Shown piece after piece: positions 49,323-58,517 of a stretch of 64,000 nt of DNA. Position 1 is the first letter of the stretch, and each line of letters opens with the position of its first letter. The notes under the pieces were generated by a model, which saw only the letters and a list, made by a program, of their open reading frames with translations, did no database searches and had not been told where the DNA came from. The stretch is from IMG/VR virus record IMGVR_UViG_3300028591_000096; one strand, written 5' to 3'. The DNA comes from a virus (taxonomy: Duplodnaviria; Caudoviricetes). A program made the translations under genes and the position numbers.

Positions 49323-51179
49323 CTATGTTATACCAGATGTCCTCGAAACAAGTAAAGCTATAATAGATATTACATCAATATAATTATTTTCGTTTATACT
49401 TGTTTTCATTGTGTTTGCTATTTTTAATGGAACTCCAGATAAACCAGATTCGTCTATTTCCATATTAACTTTTCCTGTAGTGTAATTATATGAAACTCGT
49501 ATGCAATTCAACACCATTTTTGCTGTTGATGGCGTAACATCATATGAATATGTTCCTTCTTTTTTGTATATTTCTGATGCGGTGTATGGGAAATTTCCGT
49601 TTTTTATATTAGATATATCTGATTCTATTCCGTCTATTTTCTCCATAGTTGTAGAAACGAGCTGCTTGATGTCTTTACTGTCTTTAGACATAGAGTAAAG
49701 TGTTTTAGCATTCTCTTTCATTGTTGTTACGGCTGCTGTCAAATTTCTCAAAACATCATTAAAGTCTTCAGACATACTGTATCCAGCGGTAGAGTTATCA
49801 TTAACTGTAATATCTCCACTATATGCAGTAGAAGGTTTAACGTTTATTCGGAATGAGTATGATGAACCATTTTTGTTTGCACCAGATTTAGCCTTTAATA
49901 TTGATGGAAAATAGAACATTCCATCAATTTCTGATGATTCGATAGCACCATCAAGGATATAAAGACCATATGCATTAGTTGCTAGTCTTTTCGTCTTGTG
50001 AGCATCATATATTGAATAATATACCAATATAGCATTAAATCTGAAATCGTCATACATTTCTTGTTCGATCTCTTGATTTGATGTGTTGCCCATTCCTATA
50101 TCATCATAAGTTAATGAACTGTTTTCATAGTATGTTCTAAGTTTGTTTATATCAAATTCAACTTCAAACTTATCATAATCTTTGTTTTCACTTACTGTAT
50201 ATGTTGCATATGATGAATATTCAGAATCAGACTTCGAAATAGGGGATATACCAGTTGATTTTATAACATCATGAGAATTGTAATTAAAACTTTGATATGA
50301 TTGATTTTCATCATTTATTGTTAAATATCCTACCGATGGTAATTCTTCTGGTTCACCTATCCATTTTGCTGTTATTTTATAGTCAACTTTTTCTGTTTCA
50401 ATTACTTTAAATTGGCGTTCAGTTGATGTTTCTGTTATAATAGTACCGTATGACGGATATATAAAATCGTTACTAGTCATATGAAAATTAACAACATTAT
50501 CTGATTCTATCTGTGTTATTTCTGATTCATCTATATTTTCAATCCATCTGTTCACATTTGTTCCTTCATATGATGTTTCAATGTAGTTTTCATCTATTAC
50601 TTTTTTGAAAAGAACACGCATCTGTCCATATGATGATGGAATTTGTACAAACGTTTCATTATATAATCCGCTATCATCTGTTCTTTGTGAACCAGCCGAT
50701 ATTGCACCAAATGCTTTAGCTATAGCCTTTTCCTTTTTTTCATATATATAATTACCGTCTGTAACGAATCTGTCATCATCATTCTTCATTCTACCAAAAA
50801 GCCATTTCCAGAATGATCTTTCTGATACTGTTTTATTTGATGCATAATTGTAATTGTCCTGGTTTCTTAATACGGTTTCAAAGTTTAGGCAATAATTTTG
50901 GAATTGATCTGCAAAAATAAAGTCACCTTGTGTGCTTGAATCAATAGTATACTCAGATGAACTATAATCCATCTCACTTGTTAGATTCAAGAAAGTCTTG
51001 TCCGTATCTAGATCATTTGCAAAATTGGGTATATCTAACAGAACATAATGGGAAATTTCAACACTGTTATGACTTTCATTTATATTTAGACCAATATCTT
51101 CCATAGCAGAGCCGAATGTATAAAATGTTCCACCCTGTTTTCTTGGCATTATAATTGGTGTTCTAAGTTTCTTTGACAT
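49323..51179 (-). CDS. Hypothetical structural protein (618 aa)
   Basis: Long ORF in a late operon with a C-terminal coiled coil. Confidence 0.7.
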   Translation of the reverse strand: MSKKLRTPIIMPRKQGGTFYTFGSAMEDIGLNINESHNSVEISHYVLLDIPNFANDLDTDKTFLNLTSEMDYSSSEYTIDSSTQGDFIFADQFQNYCLNFETVLRNQDNYNYASNKTVSERSFWKWLFGRMKNDDDRFVTDGNYIYEKKEKAIAKAFGAISAGSQRTDDSGLYNETFVQIPSSYGQMRVLFKKVIDENYIETSYEGTNVNRWIENIDESEITQIESDNVVNFHMTSNDFIYPSYGTIITETSTERQFKVIETEKVDYKITAKWIGEPEELPSVGYLTINDENQSYQSFNYNSHDVIKSTGISPISKSDSEYSSYATYTVSENKDYDKFEVEFDINKLRTYYENSSLTYDDIGMGNTSNQEIEQEMYDDFRFNAILVYYSIYDAHKTKRLATNAYGLYILDGAIESSEIDGMFYFPSILKAKSGANKNGSSYSFRINVKPSTAYSGDITVNDNSTAGYSMSEDFNDVLRNLTAAVTTMKENAKTLYSMSKDSKDIKQLVSTTMEKIDGIESDISNIKNGNFPYTASEIYKKEGTYSYDVTPSTAKMVLNCIRVSYNYTTGKVNMEIDESGLSGVPLKIANTMKTSINENNYIDVISIIALLVSRTSGIT

Positions 51180-51190
51180 TTTGAAATTAA

Positions 51191-51784
51191 TTAGTTATTT
51201 TTATAGCTACCAAGGTCAACCCAACGTTTTGTTTCCTCATCTCTTTGATAAATGTGAAGGTTTGATGCACATAAGTACATAACACCATCAGTTACAGTGG
51301 TATCGAACCAATCGTATTCGTGTGTTTCTGGATCTTCATCCCATACTGTAACACCAAACTCAGAAAGAACTTTACATCCATATTCTGGATTTGTAGGTCT
51401 GATCATGCAGAAATCAGCATAAAGAGGCCAAGGTTGGAATGGGTATGTTCCAAGAGAATCAATCTGATCTTTTGAGATGTTACTTATAGAATTTATCTTC
51501 TTTTCTATTTTATCAAGTATTGTACCAATATCATTGTAATTATACATTACACCATCAGATCCTTTGAATCGAAGATTCTGAGCAACGATGGTTGTTGCGT
51601 CTATATAACTAGCTTCCAATTTTGATATATTCTTTAAATGTATATCACCGTTGTCAGCAGTATAGAAACTAAAAATACAATCACATATAGTATTGAAAGC
51701 TTCATTCAGCATTCTTGGAAGATCAGCGACAAAATTCTTTATTGAGAAATTTGTGCATTTTGATCTAACTTCTGATTCTTTCAT
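51191..51784 (-). CDS. Hypothetical late protein
   Basis: 197 aa; late motif at 51809-51817. Confidence 0.7.
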   Translation of the reverse strand: MKESEVRSKCTNFSIKNFVADLPRMLNEAFNTICDCIFSFYTADNGDIHLKNISKLEASYIDATTIVAQNLRFKGSDGVMYNYNDIGTILDKIEKKINSISNISKDQIDSLGTYPFQPWPLYADFCMIRPTNPEYGCKVLSEFGVTVWDEDPETHEYDWFDTTVTDGVMYLCASNLHIYQRDEETKRWVDLGSYKNN

Positions 51785-51808
51785 TGTTTATCGTTTTATC
51801 TTTTTCAC

Positions 51809-51817
51809 TATTTATCT
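51809..51817 (-). promoter_or_regulatory. Putative late promoter AGATAAATA(GTGAAA)
   Basis: Exact motif. Confidence 0.75.
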
Positions 51818-51882
51818 ATAAATTATGATTAAGTAAATTTTTGAAATGCATTTTTAATTCGATAAATATTCGTAACGAAGTT

Positions 51883-51913
51883 TTAATCAATTTCGATAGT
51901 TTAACGTATAATA
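51883..51913 (+). promoter_or_regulatory. Bipartite motif TTAATC-N16-CGTATAATA
   Basis: Upstream of the recA/uvsY operon. Confidence 0.7.
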
Positions 51914-52179
51914 ATATAAAGAGTATAGTTTATAATAACATTAATATTTATAAAAATTCATGATATGTTTTTATATAATATATAAAAATAAAAGAAACAA
52001 AACGTAATATATTATTACAAGATTTAGGTACACATAAAAACTTCTATATTAAGTCGTTGGAATATATTATGATTTAAAAATCCAATACTATATAAACTTT
52101 TTCTATATGAAACACATACAGAGTTTTCAAGACGTTTTTCGAAGACTAGTCTAATATAAAATTTTATAACAATTTTGAT

Positions 52180-52470
52180 ATGATTAATAAAAAAACACGA
52201 TCTGAAAAAAGATCCAATGACTTAGCAAGATTGAAGCGACTGCTAAAAAACGGTGTCGTTGAATTTAGCTACAAGAAAAAGGATGGAAGTGTAAGAAAAG
52301 CAAAAGGAACTCTTAAGGATGAACTCATTCCAGAAACTGATAGGGATGATGAAAGAAAGAAAAACCTAAGTAAAGAATGCTTCTATTACTTTGATTTAAA
52401 ACGAGATGATTTCCGATGTTTCCTTAGAGATAATTTTTTAGAAATCAAGGAGAAGAAAGATAGAAAATAA
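52180..52470 (+). CDS. DUF2693/WYL_2-like SH3-fold protein
   Basis: VEFSYKKKDGSVRKAKGTL...YFDLKRDDFRCF. Confidence 0.7.
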   Translation: MINKKTRSEKRSNDLARLKRLLKNGVVEFSYKKKDGSVRKAKGTLKDELIPETDRDDERKKNLSKECFYYFDLKRDDFRCFLRDNFLEIKEKKDRK

Positions 52471-52493
52471 ACAATAAAAACAATTATAGAAAA

Positions 52494-53456
52494 ATGGCAA
52501 AGAAAACATCAACAAAATCTACAGGTGGATCGATATTTGATATTGTGAAAAGTTTTGATGAATCGGCAGAGATTCTTGGTAAAAGTAAGACAGCAGTTAT
52601 CAGTGACTATATTGATACTGGTAGCTATATTCTTAATGCTTGCATATCTGGTTCACTTTTAAAGGGCGTTCCTGCTGGAAGATGTACTGTTTTGGCTGGA
52701 GATCCTGGAACTGGAAAAACGTTCCTCGCTATAAGTGTATGTAGAAATGCTCAAAAGAAAGGATATACACCGATATATTTGGATTCTGAATCTGCTATAG
52801 ATCTTGAATTTGTTAAACGTCTTGGATGTGATCCAGATAATTTTATCATAAAACAGGTTACAACAGTTTCAGAAGTATCGACTTTTATTGCTCGTACATG
52901 CAAATCTGTGTTAGATCTTCCAGAAAACGAAAGACCTAAACTTATTTTTGTTCTTGATTCTCTTGGAAACTTAACATCAGATAAAGAGTTAAATGATACA
53001 ATAGATGGAAATGACAAGAGAGATATGACAAGAGCACAAGCGGTAAAGGCTTTATTTAGAACTAATGCAACAGCATTAGGAAAAATACAAGCACCTTTTA
53101 TTGTAAATGCACATATTTATAAAACACAGGATCTTTTTGCAAAAACAATTGTCTCTGGTGGATGTTTGGTTCCAGAAGAAAAGATCATAACAAAAAATGG
53201 AATAAAATCTATAGAAAATATAGTTGTTGGTGATCAAGTTTTAACGGTTGATGGAACATTTAAGGATGTTGTGAAAACGTTTATTTATGAAAAACCAACA
53301 ATCAAATTTACATTCGAAGGAGGAAAAACAATAGAGTGTAGCGAAGATCATAAATTTTTGGTTGGAGAAGATCCAACAGTTGAAGAAAACTGGAAAGTAG
53401 CAAAAGATTTAAATGAAAATGATTTCGTTTATGAAATTGTTTCTGATGGTATTTAA
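52494..53456 (+). CDS. uvsX: RecA/UvsX N-terminal part (223 aa) fused to split intein N-fragment (97 aa, from Cys at 53163)
   Basis: IDTGS, Walker A GDPGTGKT, YLDSE, Walker B VLDSLG; then SGG|CLVPEEKI (intein block A) and ECSEDHKF (block B); stops with no block F/G. Confidence 0.95.
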   Translation: MAKKTSTKSTGGSIFDIVKSFDESAEILGKSKTAVISDYIDTGSYILNACISGSLLKGVPAGRCTVLAGDPGTGKTFLAISVCRNAQKKGYTPIYLDSESAIDLEFVKRLGCDPDNFIIKQVTTVSEVSTFIARTCKSVLDLPENERPKLIFVLDSLGNLTSDKELNDTIDGNDKRDMTRAQAVKALFRTNATALGKIQAPFIVNAHIYKTQDLFAKTIVSGGCLVPEEKIITKNGIKSIENIVVGDQVLTVDGTFKDVVKTFIYEKPTIKFTFEGGKTIECSEDHKFLVGEDPTVEENWKVAKDLNENDFVYEIVSDGI

Positions 53457-53535
53457 AAATTATTTTTACCTCCAGAATTAGTGATAGTTTTTTAAGGATA
53501 AAAAATTTTTGAAAACAGAAAAATTAATAAGATAA

Positions 53536-54219
53536 ATGAATCAATACAGAAAATTAAAAATACTACAGAAAGTAGAATCATGTTGTAGTAAAAAGGTGTG
53601 TGATTTGTGTGTTGATAAAAATCATACATATATTTCAGAAAACGGTATTATTAATCATAATTCTGGAATAAATTTTAACGCTTCAGTAACACTTCTATTA
53701 TCAACAGCAAAACTTGATGATAAGCAATCTGATAAGATAGCTGAAAATAAAGTTGGTGAATTTACGAAAACGGGTGTCGTTGTAACAGCAAAGCCAGAGA
53801 AGTCAAGATTCACAATTCCACAGAAAGTTAAATTCCAGATACCATTCTTTAAAGCACCAAATCCTTATGTTGGTCTTGAATCATATATAACTTGGGATAA
53901 TTCTGGTATAATGAGAGGAAAACTCATTACGGATAAAGAATATAATAAACTTTCTGATCTTGAAAAGAATCTTTGTTGTGAGATGAAGGATTCTGAAGGA
54001 AAACTTTGTTACGCTTATCCAAAAGAAACATCAAAGAACATTGTTGTGAAACATCTTGGTTGTGAGTTACCTGCTGTAGAATTATTCTCATCGAAAGTTC
54101 TCACCGAAGAAGTTTTAAGAAACCTGGATGAAACTATTATCAAGCCAAGTTTCGAGTTACCGTCAAATTCTGGTAATGATGACATTGAGGAACTCTTAAA
54201 TATTGATGATGGAGAATAA
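53536..54219 (+). CDS. uvsX: Split intein C-fragment (42 aa) fused to RecA/UvsX C-terminal part (185 aa)
   Basis: VCDLCVDKNHTYISENGIINHN (blocks F/G) then SGINFNASVTLLL...KSRFT, continuing the RecA fold. Confidence 0.95.
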   Translation: MNQYRKLKILQKVESCCSKKVCDLCVDKNHTYISENGIINHNSGINFNASVTLLLSTAKLDDKQSDKIAENKVGEFTKTGVVVTAKPEKSRFTIPQKVKFQIPFFKAPNPYVGLESYITWDNSGIMRGKLITDKEYNKLSDLEKNLCCEMKDSEGKLCYAYPKETSKNIVVKHLGCELPAVELFSSKVLTEEVLRNLDETIIKPSFELPSNSGNDDIEELLNIDDGE

Positions 54220-54667
54220 ATTTGAAGCTATAGAAAACAAATTTACAGAAAGACGTGATTATTGGATCAAATGGATAGAGGATATGAACAATAGCCTTAA
54301 ATCTATTGATACGGTTGTCAATCTTCAGGGTGTTGTTTATACAAAAAGACAGGAGGCTGTGGAGAATTATCATTCTCTTGCGGCAACTATTGCTAAATAC
54401 TCTAAGAAATATAAAGAAAATTCTGCAAGATTGTATAAAGACATCCGTCTTATGAAAACTGCACAAGGTGCTGCAACTTTCATGTTTACAACAGAATCTG
54501 CAATAAGAGAACAGATAGAATCTCAACTTTCAGATGATAAATATCTAATAGATATTATGGAGTCTCATCTTGGATATCTTGATAATACGATTAAAACTAT
54601 TGATGGAATTATATTTGCAATAAACAATCGTATTAGAATTGAAGAAATAAAGATAGGTAAAAACTAA
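54203..54667 (+). CDS. uvsY: UvsY-like recombination mediator
   Basis: Helical 154-aa ORF after UvsX; C-terminal YLDNTIKTIDGIIFAINNRI resembles the UvsY end. Confidence 0.55.
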   Translation: MMMENKFEAIENKFTERRDYWIKWIEDMNNSLKSIDTVVNLQGVVYTKRQEAVENYHSLAATIAKYSKKYKENSARLYKDIRLMKTAQGAATFMFTTESAIREQIESQLSDDKYLIDIMESHLGYLDNTIKTIDGIIFAINNRIRIEEIKIGKN

Positions 54668-55239
54668 TGAATACTCAAACGTATAAGAAAAATCACCCAC
54701 CAAAACATATAATGGAAAATGATTCTGGGAAACCACATCAAGGTATATACGTTCCACAGAATCCAGAGAAAGTTATAGGTGGTGATATCATATATAGATC
54801 TGGATGGGAACTTGCGTTTGCTCAATGGTGTGATAGAAATACATGTGTTGTTGAATGGGGTGGTGAGCCAATGTGTGTACAATACAGAAACCCAGCTGGC
54901 GTTGACTTTGATGCATGCAAGAAATTTGGCGCTAATCCGCAGGATCCAATGAATTGGCCAGTGGCAAATTATTACCCAGACTTCTATGTTAATCTTAAAA
55001 ACGATGAAGGTGACGAATTAAAGCTTATTATAGAAATTAAGCCTAAATATCAAACTGAACGTCCAGTGTCTTCGCTTTATGGATCAAAGCTTAAAGAACA
55101 GAAAGCATATGTGAATGCTGTAAAGACATATCTTCAGAACAAAGCTAAATGGGAAGCTGCTATAAAATGGTGTGAAGAAAAAGGATTTGAATTCAAAGTG
55201 TATACAGAGGATACTCTAGAAAAAATGGGTATTATTTAG
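54667..55239 (+). CDS. gp4-like head completion nuclease (TnsA-like)
   Basis: IIYRSGWE...WCD...YYPDF...IEIKP..QT...NKAKWEAA...FKVYTE. Confidence 0.9.
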   Translation: MNTQTYKKNHPPKHIMENDSGKPHQGIYVPQNPEKVIGGDIIYRSGWELAFAQWCDRNTCVVEWGGEPMCVQYRNPAGVDFDACKKFGANPQDPMNWPVANYYPDFYVNLKNDEGDELKLIIEIKPKYQTERPVSSLYGSKLKEQKAYVNAVKTYLQNKAKWEAAIKWCEEKGFEFKVYTEDTLEKMGII

Positions 55240-55241
55240 AA

Positions 55242-55898
55242 ATGAAATATCTTGAGACTTATATGAATTCTGATAGAGGTCAAATAGAGAAAGAAGCATT
55301 TGACTTTCTTATTACAGATCTTCTATCAAGAAATTTAAGAGGTGTTGATAAACAGAGAACACTTACAGCACATAACATGGAAGATTCACTTAAAAATCAA
55401 TTCGTACCTTCTATGTTCTATCTTCTTATGTATGCTAAATCTGATAAACCAGAGGTAATAGGAAAAAATGAATTTTATGATGTGTGCCCTCTTATCATGT
55501 GTCTTAATGCGAATAATAAATTTGTAACTGGCCTTAACTTCAATTTCATACCTAATGATGTTAGAGCGAGAATAATGGATCTGATAGTAGAAAGTAATCA
55601 GAAGTTCTATCATGAAATGGAAACAAGTAACATCAATAGTATAAAGGCAAACAATCCATTAGGATCGATGCTTATATCAGATAAAGGTGTATCATCATTT
55701 TTGTTATTTGTAAAATCAAAAACTGGATTAGATATTTCTAAATGTGTAAGAACATATTATAGAAAGAATATCATGAATGTAAGGCTTATTGAATATGATG
55801 AGTGGCGTTATATACCATATTTGTCGTTTAAGGACTCAATTAGAGGTTCAAGTCTAGCAAGTGTTCAACGTGATGTAATTATTGGAAGTGATGCTTAA
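55242..55898 (+). CDS. gp2-like DNA end protector
   Basis: FYD.CPLI...GLNFNFIP..VR...CVRTY pattern; adjacent to gp4. Confidence 0.65.
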   Translation: MKYLETYMNSDRGQIEKEAFDFLITDLLSRNLRGVDKQRTLTAHNMEDSLKNQFVPSMFYLLMYAKSDKPEVIGKNEFYDVCPLIMCLNANNKFVTGLNFNFIPNDVRARIMDLIVESNQKFYHEMETSNINSIKANNPLGSMLISDKGVSSFLLFVKSKTGLDISKCVRTYYRKNIMNVRLIEYDEWRYIPYLSFKDSIRGSSLASVQRDVIIGSDA

Positions 55899-55899
55899 C

Positions 55900-55908
55900 A
55901 GATAAATA
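55900..55908 (+). promoter_or_regulatory. Putative late promoter AGATAAATA
   Basis: Upstream of the portal gene. Confidence 0.75.
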
Positions 55909-55933
55909 GTTAAAATAATAAAAGACATTATAG

Positions 55934-57718
55934 ATGCCTCGATATATATTAAAATCGCTTGGTTCTAGTATTGCTCAAGTAAATCAGGGAGCAAATAGAG
56001 CGTTTGAGAGAAACCTTCTCAATCTTAGTGCTCTTGGAATAAAATGGAATAGCTCTTTAATAAAGCAGATAAGAACGAATGATGATTTCGATGCTGCAAA
56101 TGATACAGGTCTCGGTAATGTAAACCGTTCAATGTTTGCTGGTGATGATTTGTTTACAAGACAGTACGAAAATCTTGCTGGAAATAACAAGTTCATAGCA
56201 TTCTACGATCAGACTTACCAAATGAGAAGAGACTTTCTTCGTAAATTTGCTTTGCAGGGTGAGATTGATTATGTGTTGGATACTATTGCAGATGAAGTGA
56301 TAGTTAATGATGAGATGCATTATTTTGCATATCCGAACACAAAGCAACTAAGATCAATACTGAAGCCAGAACATGGTAAGAAGATAGTTGATGAGATAAA
56401 TGCATCATATAGAAGAATTTATCACATGTTCCACTTTAATGAATCTAACGACGCATGGCACTATGTGAAGAAATTTCTCGTTGATGGATTCCTTGCATTT
56501 GAGATCATATATTCAGATAAGAAGTCAAATAAAAATGTTGCATCTGATATTATTGGATTCAAGGAACTTGATCCTATTACTTTACAACCAGAAATAAGAA
56601 TTAATAGTAAAGGTCAAGAATATAAAGTGTGGGTTATTAATAAGGGTGATAAGCAGAATGAAAGGGAACTTCTTGACACAAATGTAATTTATATTTCATG
56701 GGCTAAGACTAATTTCGTATCACATTTTTCATATTGTGAACGTCTTATTCGTTCATTTAATATGCTCAGAACACTTGAGAATAGCCGTATAATATGGAAT
56801 CTACAGAATGCGCAAAAGAGAATAAAGATTGTTGTTCCGATTGGAACCGAATCCGACCAGGTTGCGAGGACAAGACTTAGACAACTTGAAGCGTATTATA
56901 AGGAAGATATAGTTGTTGATAATATGTCTGGTGAAATCACTGTTAATGGGCAACCTAAGTTCACATTTGCAAAGACTATGGTTTTCCCATCAAAGGAAGG
57001 AACCACAACAGAGATAAGTGAGATTGGTATAGAGGGACATGACATGAATTCTACTGAACAACTTAAGTGGTTCTGGCAGAGATTCATGATTGAATCAAAA
57101 CTTCCAAAAGATCGTTTTAATATGATCTTTGATGGAAATGAAATGTCAGCTATTCCAGACAATAGCAATATGACACGAGAAGAATACAGATTCTCTCTGT
57201 TCATAAATCAGATTAGAGATATTTTCCAGGAAATAGTAATAAAACCAACATGGCTTCAGTTCTCACTTCATAATCCTTCTTTTGCTGGAAATGATGTTAT
57301 TAAGAATTCATTAGGTCTTGATTTTGTTGAGGAAAATATTTTTAAACTTGGAAAGGAGAATGCTGTTCTTCAAATTTCATCACAAATTATACAAACTCTT
57401 TCTGGATTAAACGGTACAGATGGAAAACCTGTATTTCCTATGAAGTATTTGTGTCAGAAATACCTTAACATCAATGATGACGAATGGAAGCTTATCGACA
57501 AGATGAAAAAACAGGAGGAAGAAGAAGCTCAGAATTCTGGAGCACAAGGTATAGAAGGACCTGATACTGGATTTGGAACAGGATCTGAATTTGGATTTGG
57601 AGGAGAATCTGGAGGATTTGGTGAAGGTGCAGGTGGTGGGTTTGAATCTGAACCAGAACCAGCACCAGAACCAGAAATGTCAACAGAACCAGAACCAGCA
57701 CCTGAGCCTACTATATAA
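55934..57718 (+). CDS. gp20: T4 gp20-like portal protein with G/E/P-rich tail
   Basis: EIDYVLDTIADEVIV, FLVDG, FNMLRTLENSRIIW, LPKDRF and TREEYRFS.FI motifs. Confidence 0.9.
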   Translation: MPRYILKSLGSSIAQVNQGANRAFERNLLNLSALGIKWNSSLIKQIRTNDDFDAANDTGLGNVNRSMFAGDDLFTRQYENLAGNNKFIAFYDQTYQMRRDFLRKFALQGEIDYVLDTIADEVIVNDEMHYFAYPNTKQLRSILKPEHGKKIVDEINASYRRIYHMFHFNESNDAWHYVKKFLVDGFLAFEIIYSDKKSNKNVASDIIGFKELDPITLQPEIRINSKGQEYKVWVINKGDKQNERELLDTNVIYISWAKTNFVSHFSYCERLIRSFNMLRTLENSRIIWNLQNAQKRIKIVVPIGTESDQVARTRLRQLEAYYKEDIVVDNMSGEITVNGQPKFTFAKTMVFPSKEGTTTEISEIGIEGHDMNSTEQLKWFWQRFMIESKLPKDRFNMIFDGNEMSAIPDNSNMTREEYRFSLFINQIRDIFQEIVIKPTWLQFSLHNPSFAGNDVIKNSLGLDFVEENIFKLGKENAVLQISSQIIQTLSGLNGTDGKPVFPMKYLCQKYLNINDDEWKLIDKMKKQEEEEAQNSGAQGIEGPDTGFGTGSEFGFGGESGGFGEGAGGGFESEPEPAPEPEMSTEPEPAPEPTI

Positions 57719-57722
57719 AACA

Positions 57723-57751
57723 AAAAGGTTGGATTTTATGTCCAACCTTTA
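57723..57751. terminator. Bidirectional terminator
   Basis: aaaaggttgga-ttttatg-tccaacctttt. Confidence 0.8.
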
Positions 57752-57755
57752 TTTT

Positions 57756-58484
57756 TTAATCTAAGCATATATAATCGTTTAAAAGACCAGGATACTTTGA
57801 AATAATTGAGTTTCTTGTTTTTGCTAAGTCGCTTTCGTAGTTAGGATTCGATGCATATCTATGACCGTTATGGTTTACAAAATTTTGCAAAAGTTGGTCA
57901 ATTTCCTTTTTTCCATTCATCAAATAGTCTCTTTTGATTATTTTTATAAATGGAATAATAGATGAATCTTGATCTGCGTACTTTACAACATCTCTTCCGT
58001 CATCATATGCACCAATAGAAAACATACTGTTTGTTTTTTGTGCTCTTTTTGTTGTGCCAAAATGCGATTCTATTTGTAATTGGGCTAATAGTAATGGTAA
58101 ATCATATCCATACTGATATGAAGCAAGAACTAAGTTGTCTGGGTTAAATCTCAAGTCTGATAATGTTTTACCGTGTTTAGATAGAATATCTGAAATATAT
58201 TCCTTAACAAGTTTCTCCTTTTTAACTATATTTTTATAGTCTATATTGTTTATTCCATATGGATTATTATATTCTATCATGTTATCTTCTTTCTTTGATC
58301 CATTTTTTGGAAGATCCATAATAGATGATCCAGCAATAATACCAGCTCCTATTAAAGCGGCTAATTTCTTTTTGCTGAATCCTTCATTTAATAACCGTTC
58401 TGCGCCATATCTTTCAACAAGAACGGTGAGTTTGTTTTCATCTATATTAGAAAGTTTTTTCAGATCATGTTTGTTATTAATCAT
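57756..58484 (-). CDS. GH73/glucosaminidase-like peptidoglycan hydrolase
   Basis: LLAQLQIESHFG...NSMFSIGAYD...YASNPNY; hydrophobic segment near the N-terminus. Confidence 0.8.
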   Translation of the reverse strand: MINNKHDLKKLSNIDENKLTVLVERYGAERLLNEGFSKKKLAALIGAGIIAGSSIMDLPKNGSKKEDNMIEYNNPYGINNIDYKNIVKKEKLVKEYISDILSKHGKTLSDLRFNPDNLVLASYQYGYDLPLLLAQLQIESHFGTTKRAQKTNSMFSIGAYDDGRDVVKYADQDSSIIPFIKIIKRDYLMNGKKEIDQLLQNFVNHNGHRYASNPNYESDLAKTRNSIISKYPGLLNDYICLD

Positions 58485-58517
58485 ACCAGAAAAGTATTAT
58501 AATTCTTTAATATTAGA

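Noticed and set aside
51790-52179. Replication origin at the strand switch
   Set aside because: AT-rich, but largely explained by divergent promoters; no clear iterons, and skew cannot be computed here.
53457-53535. Homing endonuclease, intron or frameshift joining the two recA halves
   Set aside because: The gap is only 79 bp, AT-rich, with no evident group I/II structure; both halves have complete split-intein termini and the second has its own ATG.
54667-55239. TnsA transposase of a Tn7-like element
   Set aside because: Motifs and context (next to gp2 and portal) match the T4 gp4 head completion protein, and there is no TnsB or TnsC.
57530-57715. Repeat element at the 3' end of the portal gene
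   Set aside because: It encodes a low-complexity G/E/P tail of the portal protein; the overlapping antisense ORFs are shadows.
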